NCBI RefSeq assembly: GCF_026571515.1
Contig: NW_026855598.1
Span: 1-64,000, forward strand
Direction: 5' to 3'
Length of the DNA stretch: 64,000 nt
DNA from: Ruditapes philippinarum
Taxonomy: Eukaryota
Positions 36,201 to 51,200 of the stretch are shown here, piece after piece. Below the pieces are notes generated by a model. That model saw only the letters and a list, made by a program, of their open reading frames with translations. It ran no database searches and was not told the DNA's origin. The first letter of the stretch is position 1, and each line of letters opens with the position of its first letter. Made by a program: the position numbers and the translations under genes.

Positions 36201-39200
36201 GCCCCATCAAGTACTTCAGCCTTACAGCCATCAGAATTTATATGAAGCTGGGTCCTTAGATATCTTGATTCATTAGTTAGTAATGTTCTTAGTTGTTTAT
36301 CATCATATGAGGGGTATATAGCTCCACTTTCTGTAAAGGCATTACTGCCTCCCCTAACTACAGCCTGTCCATTCTCCTCACATACAGTTATACTTTCCCT
36401 TGTAATGTTTCCATTACCTCCTGAATTACCATCTAACTTAATCAACTGGAGCAATACATCATCAGCATCTAATGTATACTCATCCCCTACTTCATAGTAA
36501 GATTCTACTGATACCCTCTTAGTTAAGGTAGATATAGGAGCTGGTGGCAGACCACGTGAGATTACTGATTTTAGTGGATTAAGGGGTGTAAGAGGACTTT
36601 TCATTACAGTACTAGTGCTACTAGTTACATTATTTCTTATAAATAATGTATCCTCTTCTTTACTTACAACATTCTGGTTCTTTCCTAGACCTAGTCCCAT
36701 AAAATTACCATCATTTAAACCAGATTCAATAGCCAACTGCCCATTATTAGATATAGTGTTGCTACTTGTATTGTGTACAAGAGATGCCAGTTTCTGTCCA
36801 CTCTGTCGTTCATTTGCTATCTGTAACAACCTCTCTCTGGCTGGAGAGTTCAATAGATTCTGCACCTGTTGTCTTATAGCATCAAATGTGTGATTCTGAG
36901 GATACAGGCTGCTCATGTTCTGACAGTGTTTGATGTAGGTACGCCACACATTAACACATTCCCCAACAGCACACAAAACAACAGGGTCACCTACTACCAC
37001 AACCAATGACTGGGCTCGTGTTAAAGCTGTGTTAAGAAGTTTTGAATCTGATAAGAAACCGAAGTCACCAGCTTCACCATCACAATCTGTTAGACCATGT
37101 TTTTGCACATGTTGGGCTTCAATAAGATGTCTTGTCCTTACTGTTGTTATAAACATAGCACGAAACTCTTTCCCTATTTGTAAAATAACAACAACAATAT
37201 TTCAACTGAATCATAAACATAATAATGCACATAATTTATTGCCACTACATTAACATGCAAAAATCAAATGTTTAAGGACACTTATTACATCAAAGAATGT
37301 CAGTATCAACATTAATTACATGATTTTCAGTAGACAATGACATTATAGTATGATAATTTCACATTGAAATTATAAAATATAATTTTCACAGTCGCTGGAT
37401 GATGAAAAGAATATATCATAATAAAGAAGAAATATATCAGAAAATACACATTGTCATAATTAAAATGTTCTTAATTACTAGGACATGAAAATTTGAAAAT
37501 GCAACAAAATTTGTGAAATTTTACAAAATTAATTTTCAACAAGAACAATGTGACAGCATGATTAGATTACGCCATGAATGAGAGCGCATGCTGTTCCAAA
37601 GAAATAATTGTAACAAGAGCTGTCGGAAGGACAGCAACGCTCGACTATTCTTAGTGCTTGATTGTAAAAAAAATGCTTGATACAGTTACCTCCTCCTGTT
37701 TACAGGTTGAGGTAATGATGGTGAACAAGTGTGCAAAGTTTCAAAGCCATATGTCAATGGACTTTGAAAATATTTGAGGTATTACGAAAACTTTAACATA
37801 AATTCTAAGTCGAAAAAAGGGGCATAATTCTGTCAAAATGATTGATACAGTTACCTCCTCCTGTTTACGGGTTGGGGTAATGATGGTCAACAAGTGTGCA
37901 AAGTTTAAAAGCCATAGGTCAATGGACTTTGAAAATATTTGAACTATTACAAAAACTTTAACGTAAATTCTAAGTCGAAAAAGGGGCATAATTCTGTCAA
38001 AATGCTTGATACAGTTACCTCCTCCTGTTTACAGGTTGGGGTAATGATGGTGAACAAGTGTGCAAAGTTTCAAAGCCATAGGTCAATGGACTTTGAAAAT
38101 ATTTAAACTATTACAAAAACTTTAACATAAGTGGTTACGCCGACGCCGACGCTCGGGTGACTACAATAGCTCCACTTATTCTTATCGAATAGTCGAGCTA
38201 AAAATACTAAATGCCCAAGTAAATAGAAATAATTTGTTACATAATTATTTGTTATGCATTTAAGATCAAATTATATTTCACTTGTGAATACCCAGCTCTT
38301 ATATCTTTCACATGAAAATATCAACACATAATTTCATGCAAAACAAATAATTATCCTCTATCAAATTACTTGTGATATCTTCACAATATGATTGATTCGG
38401 CATCATAATACAACATACATATGAATGTGTAATATTACCTTGTACACCTTGGACTCTCTCAACCACTACATCTTTCAATGCTACATTTCTCTTCTTCAAT
38501 GCTTTCCTTATCAAAATCACCTAAAATTTTCATAAAAAAATCTAAACATGTATCTTAGATTGTGAAACAATTTTTGCAGTTGTTATTATGCATAAATCAC
38601 TTCCAAGTTCCTGAAATAAACAAGTACTGGTGTCAAATTAAGAAACATGGTTTTAATCAAGACAGGGCTTGAATTCCATGATCTCAGTTGAGATGAAGAC
38701 ACCTTAACTAAAAGTTTTTATTCTCACTTGCACTAAACTTTCGATGTTATTCACTCACCAAAACAGGAATAACGAAATAACAAGACATTTTCTCACCTTG
38801 TACATACTTACTCTGTTCCTATTATGAACACAATTTTAAATAATTAAAATCTTAATATGTGATAAAGTATTAAATTATAACAAGAGGGCCATGATGGCCC
38901 TGAGGTCGCTTACCTGATAATAGGCCTCCCCCCCCCCCCCATGACAGGGCCAATTTTAGTCCAAGGGCTTTTATTTGAACAAACTTGGTAGACACTCATA
39001 AGAAGATGTTTCATGCTAAACATCTAAGCTCTGAGCTCATTGGGTTTTTCAAAGAAGATTTTTAAAGTTTTTACTATACACATATACAGTTGACTCTCAA
39101 TCAGTCAAAATCGCTTTACTCAAAATTCCGCCTTAGTCGAATAATTTCTAAAGTCCCGTCAAATTTCCTTCTTTATCTTTGTATTTTAACTCCGCTTATG

Positions 39201-42200
39201 TCAAATTTTGACTTACCGAGACTCCTGTTTAGTCGAAAAGAAAATTTGGTCCCGTCAATTAAAGTCCACATATTTTCATCTCAATTAGTCGAAGTGTGAA
39301 AACAGCCGACTGATCAAAGGTCGGCGACATCAAAGTGAGATGTTGTCACTCGTGATTTACACGTTTCATAGTAATTTTTAATTGCCGGTCATCATGTATT
39401 ATTAACATGTCGTAAAAGTGTCTTTAATCCGTTTCACGACTTAATTAGTTTTAACAGTTAGATAGCTAAATTAAAATTTAATTACATTTCTTTAACAAGA
39501 GGGCCATGATGGCCCTGAGGTCGCTCACCTGTATATAGCCCCCTACCCCCCCCCGGGCCAATTTTTACCCAAGGGCTTTTATTTGTTTATTTGAACAGAC
39601 TTGGTAGACACCCATAAGAAGATGTTTCATGCTAAACATCTAAGTTCTAGCTCATTGGGTTTTTTAAAAGAAGATTTTTAAAGGTTTTACTATACACATA
39701 TAGTTAAAAACAATGACACCCCTGGGGCAGGGCCAGTTTTGACCCCCGGACTTTTATTTGAACAAACTTTGTAGATATTTACTAAAAGATGTTTCATGCT
39801 TAATATCTAAACTCTAGCTATTTGGGTTTTTTCAAAGAAGATTTTTAAGTTTTTGCTATACACATATAAGGAAAATCAATGACCCCCCACCCCCCTGGGC
39901 GGGGCCAGTTTTGACCCCAGGGCTTTTATTTGTACATACTTGGTAGACACCCATTAGAACATGTTTCATGCTAAATATCTTAGCTATAGCTCTTTGAGTT
40001 CTTTAAAAGAAGATTTTTTGAGTTTTTACTATATGCATATAGGGAAAATCAATGACCCCCCGGGGCGGGGCCAATTTTGACCCCAGGGCTTTTATTTGAA
40101 CAAACTTGATAGACATTCACTAGAAGACGTTTCATGCCAAATATCTAAGCTCTAGCTCTTAAGGTTCTTTAAAAGAAGATTTTTTTAAGTTTTTACTATA
40201 TGCATATAGGGAAAATCAATGACCCCCCGGGGCGGGGCCAATTTTGACCCCAGGGCTTTTATTTGAACAAACTTGATAGACATTCACTAGAAGACGTTTC
40301 ATGCCAAATATCTAAGCTCTAGCTCTTAAGGTTCTTTAAAAGAAGATTTTTTTAAGTTTTTACTATATGCATATAGGGAAAATCAATGACCCCCCGGGGC
40401 GGGGCCAATTTTGACCCCAGGGCTTTTATTTGAACAAACTTGGTAGACACTCACTAGAAGATGTTTCATGCCAAATATCTTAGCTCTAGCTCTTTGGGTT
40501 CTTTAAAAGAAGATTTTTTAAGTTTTTACTATATGCATATAGGGAAAATCAATGACCCCCCGGGGCGGGGCCAATTTTGACCCCAGGGCTTTTATTTGAA
40601 CAAACTTGGTAGACACTCACTAGAAGATGTTTCATGCCAAATATCTTAGCTCTAGCTCTTTGGGTTCTTTAAAAGAAGATTTTTTAAGTTTTTACTATAT
40701 GCATATAGGGAAAATCAATGACCCCCTGGGGCGGGGCCAATTTTGACCCCAGGGCTTTTATTTGAACAAACTTGGTAGACACTCACTAGAAGATGTTTCA
40801 TGCCAAATTTTTTGAACAATTTTTAAAGGTGACCACCAAAGGAACATTCCTGTGAAGTTTGGATGAAATTGGCTCAGTGGTTTATGAGGAGATGTCATTT
40901 TAAGCAAAAGTTTACGGACAGACGCCGGACGGACGCCGGACGAAAAGCGATCACAAAAGCTCACCCTGTCACTTTGTGACAGGTGAGCTAAAAAGATTTA
41001 AAATAAAATACAATGAGTTAATATAATCTAAATAGCTCATAGAAATATTTGCTACCTGATCATAGTATGGTGTAACTACACCTATATCCTTGGCAGATGG
41101 AGTGCCCCATTCTTCTGGCCACTTGTCAAACAAATCATCCACCCTGTCCACCACTTCTTGTACCTCTGACATATTGTAGTAAGATATACTATTCTCGTCT
41201 TGAACTTCTCTGCCTTGTACAGCATAAAATGCCAGTGGAGTAATTGACAAAACAGATCTTATATTTGCCTCAGATTTTAAGACATCTGGCCCTCCATAGA
41301 ATACAGCTGAAATAAATCTCAATATCTCCATCTTAGTTCTGTAGTTGATACTAAGAAGTATATTCAATGGGCTGGTTTCCGGGATAAATGTAGAGTGGGA
41401 GTCATAATACTGGTGCAGTCTCTCCAATAATGACTGGTGTAGATTCTGGTTCCTAGCTTCTACACTGTACACCTTAGGACTGATCTGTCTATGGTCCCCG
41501 GCCAGCACTATACAGGTCTTATCTGTAGCCAGGGTAAGTGGCATGAGGCTTTCACTCTCCAAGGTCTGAGCTGCTTCATCTATAAATATGTGAGTAAACA
41601 TCCCTTGTAGACCAAGACTGAAATATATATAATATACACAAAATTACTGAAAACATTCACAATGTCATATTACATATAAATTAGTATAACTTACATACAA
41701 TTATAATGTTGATGAATGAAACAGTAAACTTCTATTATATCAATATTGCTTATGCTGATATATCATTATATCCATAAGTCTGCCATGGTTCCTATAATTT
41801 ATAATATAAGCTGCTTGGCATGTATCAATATCAAATGTATCAATATTTCAGATGTATCAATTCAGATATGTCAGTTACCCAAGCACACATATTTTACAAC
41901 TTAAATTGCTCTCAATGTTCAACAATTATCAGCTTGATTTAATAAAATAATGTAGAATATTGTCAAACGATACAATATAGTTTCATTACTATTATAGATG
42001 AAGTTATCTCAGGAACAAAATTTTTCCAGTGTTTAAATTTATACATGTATATGTAGCTATAAATGAACATGATTGTATCAGGTTTATAAATGACAGAACT
42101 GCCGATTTACTCAAATTTTCAACTAAAATTTGTTTTATACATCTTAAAAGAAACATGTATCAGTTAACTAAATGTAGAACAGAGGGTGGTAACAATATTT

Positions 42201-45200
42201 GGATGCATCAATATTGTTTAGCTTATCAGCTGAACATCAATTTAAGTAGAGTTTACAGTACAAATAATGAAATACTAACTTTGCAAGGACAAGAGATGTT
42301 GTAACCGTGACAATTACAACCCGACATTTCTCAATATCATCATGTGTTGGCATCTGGAAGGCATCACCATCAGGTGACAGAAGACAGTAGCTCTTTACTT
42401 GTGGTGTCACAGTAAATAACAGACGGTCCTTGAAATAAACACGCTTTACCAGAGCCTGATTACCTGATTTCTTCAAGAAAGTATCAAAATGCTTCACTAT
42501 ATACAGGTCAGCAGCACTGAAAATTATAATATCAATGTATGTTAAGTTTTCCATGATGGTCACCAATTATATGGGGGAAAAAAAGAGAAAAACCTTCATG
42601 TGTGTGATGATTTGAAACTCATGAATAAATATTATGCACATTAATTCAACAAAGTTTTTCAAAATAAATAATGCATATTTTGTTTCAACAATATATCTCT
42701 ATAATACAGTTACCTGTTAGACTGGGCACAAATAAGTATTCTTGTGTCTTTTGTTTCCTTCAATAGAACCATGGTAGCTTGAGCAATAGTCTCAGTTTTG
42801 CCCGTACCAAATGGTCCAAACAGAACAAATGGTGGAGTGTATCCTGTCCTTTCAGCTACAATATGCCGCACAGCAGACATCTGGTCGGGGTTTAATACAG
42901 ATGACCTATACAAGCAAAAGGCAATTTTAGTTAAAGCATTTCTTGAAAAAAAAATTAAATTTGAAATACCTAAATGCTGACTAACTTCCTATACATGTTA
43001 GTAATATATGCTCCATTTGAAGAAAAATACCCTAATGATGATGACAACCAATTATGAGAATATGACACAAAATACAAAAATTGTCTACATATGAGACTTG
43101 TCTTATGAGCTAAAATGAATACCACATTATAGCACTTAATATTCTCCTTTTTTAACAACATCCTACATTTTACTTTATGAGATGATCAACCATCTTTAGA
43201 AAAATGACGAATGTTCATTAAATGAATAAAAAACATCATCAAACTTACGAAATTCTGAGGTTGTGTTTCTCATTACGAAGTGGGTTGATCTTGGGGACAT
43301 CTGGAAACACAATCTCTGAGGAATGTAGTTGATCAATGGCATAATGCATGCGACAGAAAAATAGACGATCCATCTGGAATTGTATCTCTACATCAATACT
43401 AGTCCTTGGCTTTAATCCAAGCTGCTTTACACATTGAGGAGACAAGCATAGGTAAATAAAATCTCTGCCTCTTCCGTCAAATTCAAAGTTTTCTTTGTTT
43501 ACAATGGAAGCTTCATAGACGACCTTGCTGGAATCAGATCTGGGTGCTAGCAGTACTTTACGTACACTAGTAAGAATAAGTTTGCCAGCATCTGTATCCT
43601 CTGTCAAGTTCTCCTGTAAGGGAACTTTAGCAAACAATTCTCCAGCCATTGCAAATACATAAGTGGCTTCTTCTATGGCTTGTAAACACTCGATGGTCAC
43701 ACATAGGTTATAGCTGTAACATAAATATCTTAACTTAATATCATGGGCTACTGACGCTTTAAGTGTGCATGTTACATACTATATTACACACCACAACATT
43801 TTCTTAAGTTTAATGCTTTCATTAACACCACTATACTGCAATACAGGTGTAACTTTTCGTGACATCTTGATTTCAAGACACGTTAATAAACTATCTTTGC
43901 ACCACTTTAAGAAATAATTTTGGTGAAAAAGAAAAAACATAACTTCACTTGATGCTATAACCAGTCAATAAAGCAAAAGATAATTTTCTATAACTATGTA
44001 TACATTCTTTTATAAATTCAGGTGATTATACTGAATTACAGTTTTAACTATAACACTTGCATAATTCTAGATATTTTACTTAACAGTAACAAGATATGTT
44101 TGTAAAACATGTATGCCCCCTATCAGCAGCCAATTATTCATGTGATAAGGTAATTATGCATGACTTCTGACCCAGTGATCAAACAATTAATAAGGGTTAT
44201 CAAGTATCTACTGGTCATGACCTTGACCCCTTGACCCAAAACTCAATAGGGGTCATCTGCTGGTCAAGACCAATCATCATACAAAGTTTGAAGTTCCTAG
44301 GCCTAAGCGTTTTTAGTTAATTGATCAGAAACCGTTTTTACTTACAAGGTCAATGTGACCTTGACCTTTGACCTCTTGATCCCAAAATCGAAAGGGGTAT
44401 TCTGCTGGTCATGAAAAATCACCATACCAAGTTTGAAGTTCCTAGGCCTAAGCGTTTTTAAGTTATTGATCAGAAACCGTTTTTACTTACAAGGTCGATG
44501 TGACCTTGACCTTTGACCCTTGACCCAAAACTCAATAGGGGTCATCTGCTGGTCACCACCAATCATCATACAAAGTTTGAAGTTCCTAGGCCTAAGCGTT
44601 TTTAGTTAATTGATCGGAAACCGTTTTTTACCTACAAGGTCAATGTTTACATGACCTTTGACCCTTGACCCTAAAAACAATAGGTCATCTGCTGGTCATG
44701 ACCAATCACCATACCAAGTTTGAAGTTCCTAGGCCTAAGGGTTCTTAAGTTATTGATCGGAAAGCATTTTTACCTACAAGGTCAATGTGACTTGCCCTTT
44801 GACCCTTAATCCCCAAAATCAGTAGGGGTCATCTGCTGGTCATGACCAATCACCATACCAAGTTTGAAGTTCCTAGGCCTAAGAGTTCTTTAGTTATTGA
44901 TCGGAAACTGCTTTTACCTAAGAGGTCAATGTGACCTTGACCTTTGACCCTTGATCCCAAAATCAATAGGGGTCATCTACTGATCATGACCAATCACCAT
45001 ACCAAGTTTGAAGTCCTAGGCCTAAGGGTTCTTTAGTTATTGATCGGAAACTGTTTTTACCTAAGAGGTCAATGTGACCTTGACCTTTGATCATTTGACC
45101 CCAAAATCAATAGGGTCATCTACTGATCATGACCAATCACCATATCAAGTTTGAAGTCCCTAGGCCTAAGGGTTCTTTCGTTATTGATCGGAAACCGTTT

Positions 45201-48200
45201 TTACCTACAAGGTCAATGTGACCTTGACCTTTGACCCCTTAACCCCAAAATCAATAGGGGTCATCTACTGATCATGACCAATCACCATATCAAGTTTGAA
45301 GTCCATAGGCCTAAGGGTTCTTTCGTTATTGATCGGAAACCGTTTTTACCTACAAGGTCAATGTGATCTTGACCTATGACCCTTCACCCAAGAATCAATA
45401 GGGGTCGTCTGCTGGTCATAACCAATCACCATACCAAGTTTGAAGTTCCTAGGCCTAAGGGTTCTTTTGTTATTGATCGGAAACTGTTTTTACCCAAGAG
45501 GTCAATGTGACCTTGACCTTTGACCCCTTGACCCCAAAATCAATAGGGGTCATCTACTGATCATGACCAATCACCATACCAAGTTTGAAGTTCCTAGGCC
45601 TCAAGGTTCTTTACTTATTGATCGGAAACCGTTTTTGCTAACAAGGTCTATGTGGCCCTGACCTTTGACCCCTTGACCCCAAAATCAATAGGGGTCATCT
45701 ACTGATCATGACCAATCACCATACCAAGTTTGAAGTTCCTAGACCTTACGGTTCTTTACTTATTGATCGGAAACCGTTTTTGCTTACAAGGTCAATGTGA
45801 CCTTGACCTTTGACCCCTTGACCCCAAAATCAATAGGGGTCATCTACTGATCATGACCAATCACCATACCAAGTTTGAAGTTCCTAGGCCTTAAGGTTCT
45901 TTACTTATTGATCGGAAACCGTTTTTGCTTACAAGGTCAATGTGACCTTGACCTTTGACCCCTTGACCCCAAAATCAATAGGGGTCATCTACTGATCATG
46001 ACCAATCACCATACCAAGTTTGAAGTTCCTAGGCCTTAAGGTTCTTTACTTATTGATCGGAAACCGTTTTTGCTTACAAGGTCAATGTGACCTTGACCTT
46101 TGACCCCTTGACCCCAAAATCAATAGGGGTCATCTACTGATCATGACAAATCACCATACCAAGTTTGAAGTTCCTAGGCCTTAAGGTTCTTTAGTTATTG
46201 ATCGGAAACCGTTTTTGCTTACAAGGTCAATGTGACCTTGACCTTTGACCCCTTGACCCCAAAATCAATAGGGGTCATCTACTTGTCATGACCAATCACC
46301 CATACCAAGTTTGAAGTTCCTAGGCCTAAGGGTTCTTTAGTTATCACTCGGAAACCATTTGGTCTACGGACCGACGGACCGACAAGTGCAAAGCAATATA
46401 CCTCCTTTTCTTCGAAATGGGGGCATAATTAATCACACAAAAACTATCATTTACCTGGATGACTTGTACTTAGTTTCATAAATATAGTTTCAAACATAAA
46501 TAATTTACCTTGATATTGTCTGATGTCTCGTCATCTCCTCTAGTTCTAACAGTTTATGCATCTTAGCCTTGTAATTGTGTCTGTTTAACTCCTTAGTTAC
46601 TGTTGTCTGGGTAACAACAGTCTCCGAGGAAGAGGGCTCCTTGTACTTCTTCACTAACATTTCTTCTATATCCTCCAATTCCTTCGTAACTTCACGATTG
46701 GGGCTTGCCCAAGGGTCAAATTTTAGTTTTTGGGGGAGATTTTAATTTTTAGAAAAAGACTGATTCCCCTACCCACAGTAACCCCCTACAAACAAGGGGA
46801 TAATTTTGGCCCAAAAAGTAAAAATAAAACCCTGCATGAAAGATCCAAAATTCCCAAAAAAGTTAAGCTGTACCTCATACAAGGGCTTGCCATTGTGGCT
46901 GACATTGTGACAAAACATGTCACCCTGGGCAATCTGACATGACCTCTCGGATACATTAACTAGAGAGAAGTGAAGTCTGTCACGATTATATAATAGTGCT
47001 ACCCTCTCAAGAGGTTTCTGCAAAACAAAATAAAATTTCCTGTAATATATGATATCGGAGGTGAACATCTGACAGTTCAGGTAACTCATTTCTATATTAG
47101 TAACAGAATGATTTATAAATGATAAACTGATTGATAAATCTTTGAATACATAAAGCAGGCACTGTCCAAGGTATCATACAAAATAAAACAAATATAAAAC
47201 AAATATAAAATAAAACAGTAAACTCAGATATTTTGGCAAGGTTTAAGGCACAGTCATCCCTATATAAATGGGAAAAGAGTACAGTCTTCATTTAAACCCT
47301 TAGTGATAAAAGATATAACATTTGCTGGATAAGGGACAAAAAAGTAAATCATCAGTAAGTCCTTTTTATAACTGAAAATTGCAAGTTGCTCAGAGATTAT
47401 GTAGAGAACAAAATAGGCCCTACCACAATGTTACAGAAAAAATTAATATGGAAAGAACTTGATGACAACATGGTTAATTGATATGAATTACAGGCTCGAG
47501 TGTGAGAATAAACCTACGACCACTTCTACATATAAACTACTTCCAGAGAATATTGTTGTGCAAGTAACATTTACCTCAACAATGAAAAACTTGAAAATAA
47601 GTATCCCTTCAACAGACTTAACCAGCTAGCCATTTTTTGTCACCTATTTCTAATGAGGATTATTTATCAAACAATACATACCAAAGAAATAATTTCAAAA
47701 ACCCAGGTATATTTGGCTTGCTTCTCTTCCCGGTATATATGTAATTCTCCTGTAGTTTTTATCTCTACTCCATCAAGACTTTCTGTTATCTGTAAAAGAA
47801 AATAGTAAGGAGCTGCTACATAAATTATTTCAGACAACATAATAGAATTATCCCAAATAGCCCAAATGATCAGTAACAAAAGGATATATGAAGCTCTCAT
47901 TTGCTGAAATGCCTCGCCTGTAAGACAATAAAGACTTGTCAACAGAGACCCATTTCATAACACAATTTGAATGAACTCTTTATTTTTTTGTTTACTTATT
48001 CCTAGACTCCGCACCAGAACTTCCCAGATTTCCTGCAAGTTCTTGCACATTACAACTTCTCAACACAAATGATTGGGAAACTGCTACAGAGAACATACTG
48101 CATTTGACCCAAATGCTCATATATACATATGCTGCACTTAGAACTTTAACTATGTTAAATCTGTCCAACCAAAAATATTGATTCAAAGTTGAACATAGGG

Positions 48201-51200
48201 AACTTACAACATTGACAGGATCTGTAGAGTTCTCGTATTTCTCCAGTAATTCATCCATGTAAGAGAAAACTTTTTCTTGTCTTGCCATCTCTCTCTTCAT
48301 CTGTCTCCACTCGTAGCGTTCCTTCCACTCATCTAGCTCATCCTGACTGTGAGCATAGCGACACAGGTTGTACATGTCCGGAACATTAGAATACTGGCAC
48401 TGACCACCATCATTATGTCTGTAACAATAAATAGAATACATGTCTAAATAAAGCTTCTATGTATTAAAATACATGTCATCTATTTTGAATAAGAAATTAA
48501 ATCTATATTTACCAATAATATATATATCTTTTGTATTGTTTCATATGCTATAAACAAGTGACAGGAAATGTCATTAAACCAATTCTTCTGCTAATATTAC
48601 AAATATGAAAAGAAAAACAAAGGGCAAAAACAATATCAAAAGAATACCTCTAGACAATATGAACAAGGACACTCACTGATATTCTTTTAAAATTATGCTG
48701 AAATGCCTTAAGAAATGTAGAGAAAATGGCACATTAAAGAAATTGTTTATACCCACCTGTATGCCAACATTATATAACGACCATTTGGAACAACCAAATA
48801 TAAAACTGTTGGAAAACCTGGTTAAAAACTCCTATGATTTTCTTAATTTATCCAAAACAAAAGATCACTTAATATTATTACAGCCTCCTTATTACTCTAT
48901 AACATTAACAAATCTATCTGATTTTTTCAGTATATGTAGAGACATTTCATAACAGACACATAAGAAACAAAAAAGTACATACTTTTCACAAAGTTCATAG
49001 AATCTGCCAGATGTCCAGGGTGGTTGCCTATAGTTCCACTGATGTTCCTTGTCAGAATTGACATTAAAATTATGTTTTTCAGAAGCACAATGCTCGTCCC
49101 ACTGTTTCTGACTGTTACAAGAGACACCACAATAGTGGCAGTAGAATGTATGAACACTGGTCACTGGCATAGCAGGCCGGCTGGCACTAACTGTGTTCAT
49201 GCTCACACTCACTACAGACTGACCACTGATCTTATTCTTGGCCGTCTCGGCACGAGCTTTCTGGGCAGCTTTGCTTGCCTCTGATAAGTCAGCTGGTGTT
49301 TTTACTGCAATAATGATATTTGTGCGTCATAACAACAGGTCAAGTGGTAATGACGATAAAGATATATATACATGTACATGTTTATCAATTGACTTAATAC
49401 TAAGTAAATTCTCTTTGCATGAAAAACTCAACAAAACACAAAACAAGAGGGCCATGATGGCCCTGAAGTCGCTCACCTGTACATAGGCCCCCGGAGCGGG
49501 GCCAGTTTAAACCCCGGGGCTTTTATTTGAACAAACTTGGTAGACAACCATTAAAAAATGTTTCATGCTAAACATCTAAGGTCTGGCTTGTTGGGATTTT
49601 TAAAAAAAAGATTTTTTAAAGTTTTTTCTTTACACATATAGTTAAAAACAATGACACACCTGGGGCAGGGCCGATTTGACCCCAGGGCTTTTATTTGAAC
49701 AATCTTTGTAGACACTTACTAAAAAATGTTTCATGCTGAATATCTAAACTTGAGCTCAAAGAAGATTTTTAAGTTTTTGCTTTACACATATAAGGAAAAT
49801 CAATGTCCCCTGAGGCGGGGCCAATTTTGACTCCAGGGCTTTTATTTGAACAAACTTTGTAGACACTCACTAGAAGATGCTTCGTCTTTAATATCTAAAC
49901 TCTAACTATTTGAGTTTTTTCAAAGAAGTTTTTTTAATTTTTGCTATAGTTTTACACATATAGGGAAAATGAATGACCTCCAGGGTGGGGCCAATTTTGA
50001 CCCCAGGGCTTTTATTTGAACAAACTTTGTAGACACTCACTAGAAGATCTTTCTGCTTAATATCTAAACATTATCTATTTGTTTTTTTCCAAAGAAGATT
50101 TTTTAAGTTTTTGCTATACACATATAAGGAAATTTGGAAAATCAATGACCGCCTGAGCCGGTCAAATTTTGACCCCAGGGCTCTTATTTGAACAAACTTG
50201 GTAGACATCCATTAGAACATGTTTCATGCTAAATATCTAAGCTCTAGCTCTTTGGGTTCTTTCAAAGAAGATTTTTTAAGTTTTTACTATATGCATATAG
50301 GGAAAATCAATGACCCCCTGGGGCGGGGCCAATTTTGACCCCAGGGCTTTTATTTGAACAAACTTGGTAGACACTCATTAGAAGATGTTTCATGCTAAAT
50401 ATCTTAGCTCTAGCTCTTTGGGTTCTTTCAAAGAAGATTTTTTAAGTTTTTACTATATGCATATAGGGAAAATCTATGACCCCCTGGGGCGGGGCCAATT
50501 TTGACCCCAGGGCTTTTATTTGAACAAACTTGGTAGACATTCACTAGAAGATGTTTCATGCCAAATATCTAAGCTCTAGCTCTTATGGTTCTTAAAAAGA
50601 AGATTTTTTAAGTTTTTACTATATGCATATAGGGAAAATAAATGACCCCCAGGGGCGGGGCCAATTTTGACCCCAGGGCTTTAATTTGAACAAACTTGGT
50701 AGACATTCACTAGAAGATGTTTCATGCTTAATATCTAAGCTCTAGCTCTTACGGTTCTTTAAAAGAAGATTTTTAAGTTTTACTATATGCATATAGGGAA
50801 AATCAATGACCCCCCAGGGCGGGGCCAATTTTGACCCCAGGGCTTTTATTTGAACAAACTTGGTAGACACTCACTAGAAGATGTTTCATGCCAAATATCT
50901 AAGCTCTAGCTCTTAGGGTTGTTTAAAAGAAGATATTTAAAGATTTTTCTTTCGGTTGCCAACCAGAGTTCTGAATAGAATTAAATTCTTTGAACAATTT
51001 TTAAAGGTGACCACCAAAGGAACATTCCTGTGAAGTTTGGATGAAATTGGCTCAGGGGTTTATGAGGAGATGTCATTTAAAGCAAAAGTTTACGGACGGA
51101 CGGACGACGGACGGACAGACGCCTGACGAAAAGCGATCACAAAAGCTCACCCTGTCACTTTGTGACAGGTGAGCTAAAAATGTTTACTAATAGCGAATTA

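Noticed and set aside
33243-37253. Several + strand ORFs of 68-112 aa
   Set aside because: Antisense shadows of the large coding exon with no recognisable motifs.
44088-46428. CRISPR-like regular repeats
   Set aside because: Head-to-tail 145-bp units without unique spacers, no cas genes, eukaryotic context.
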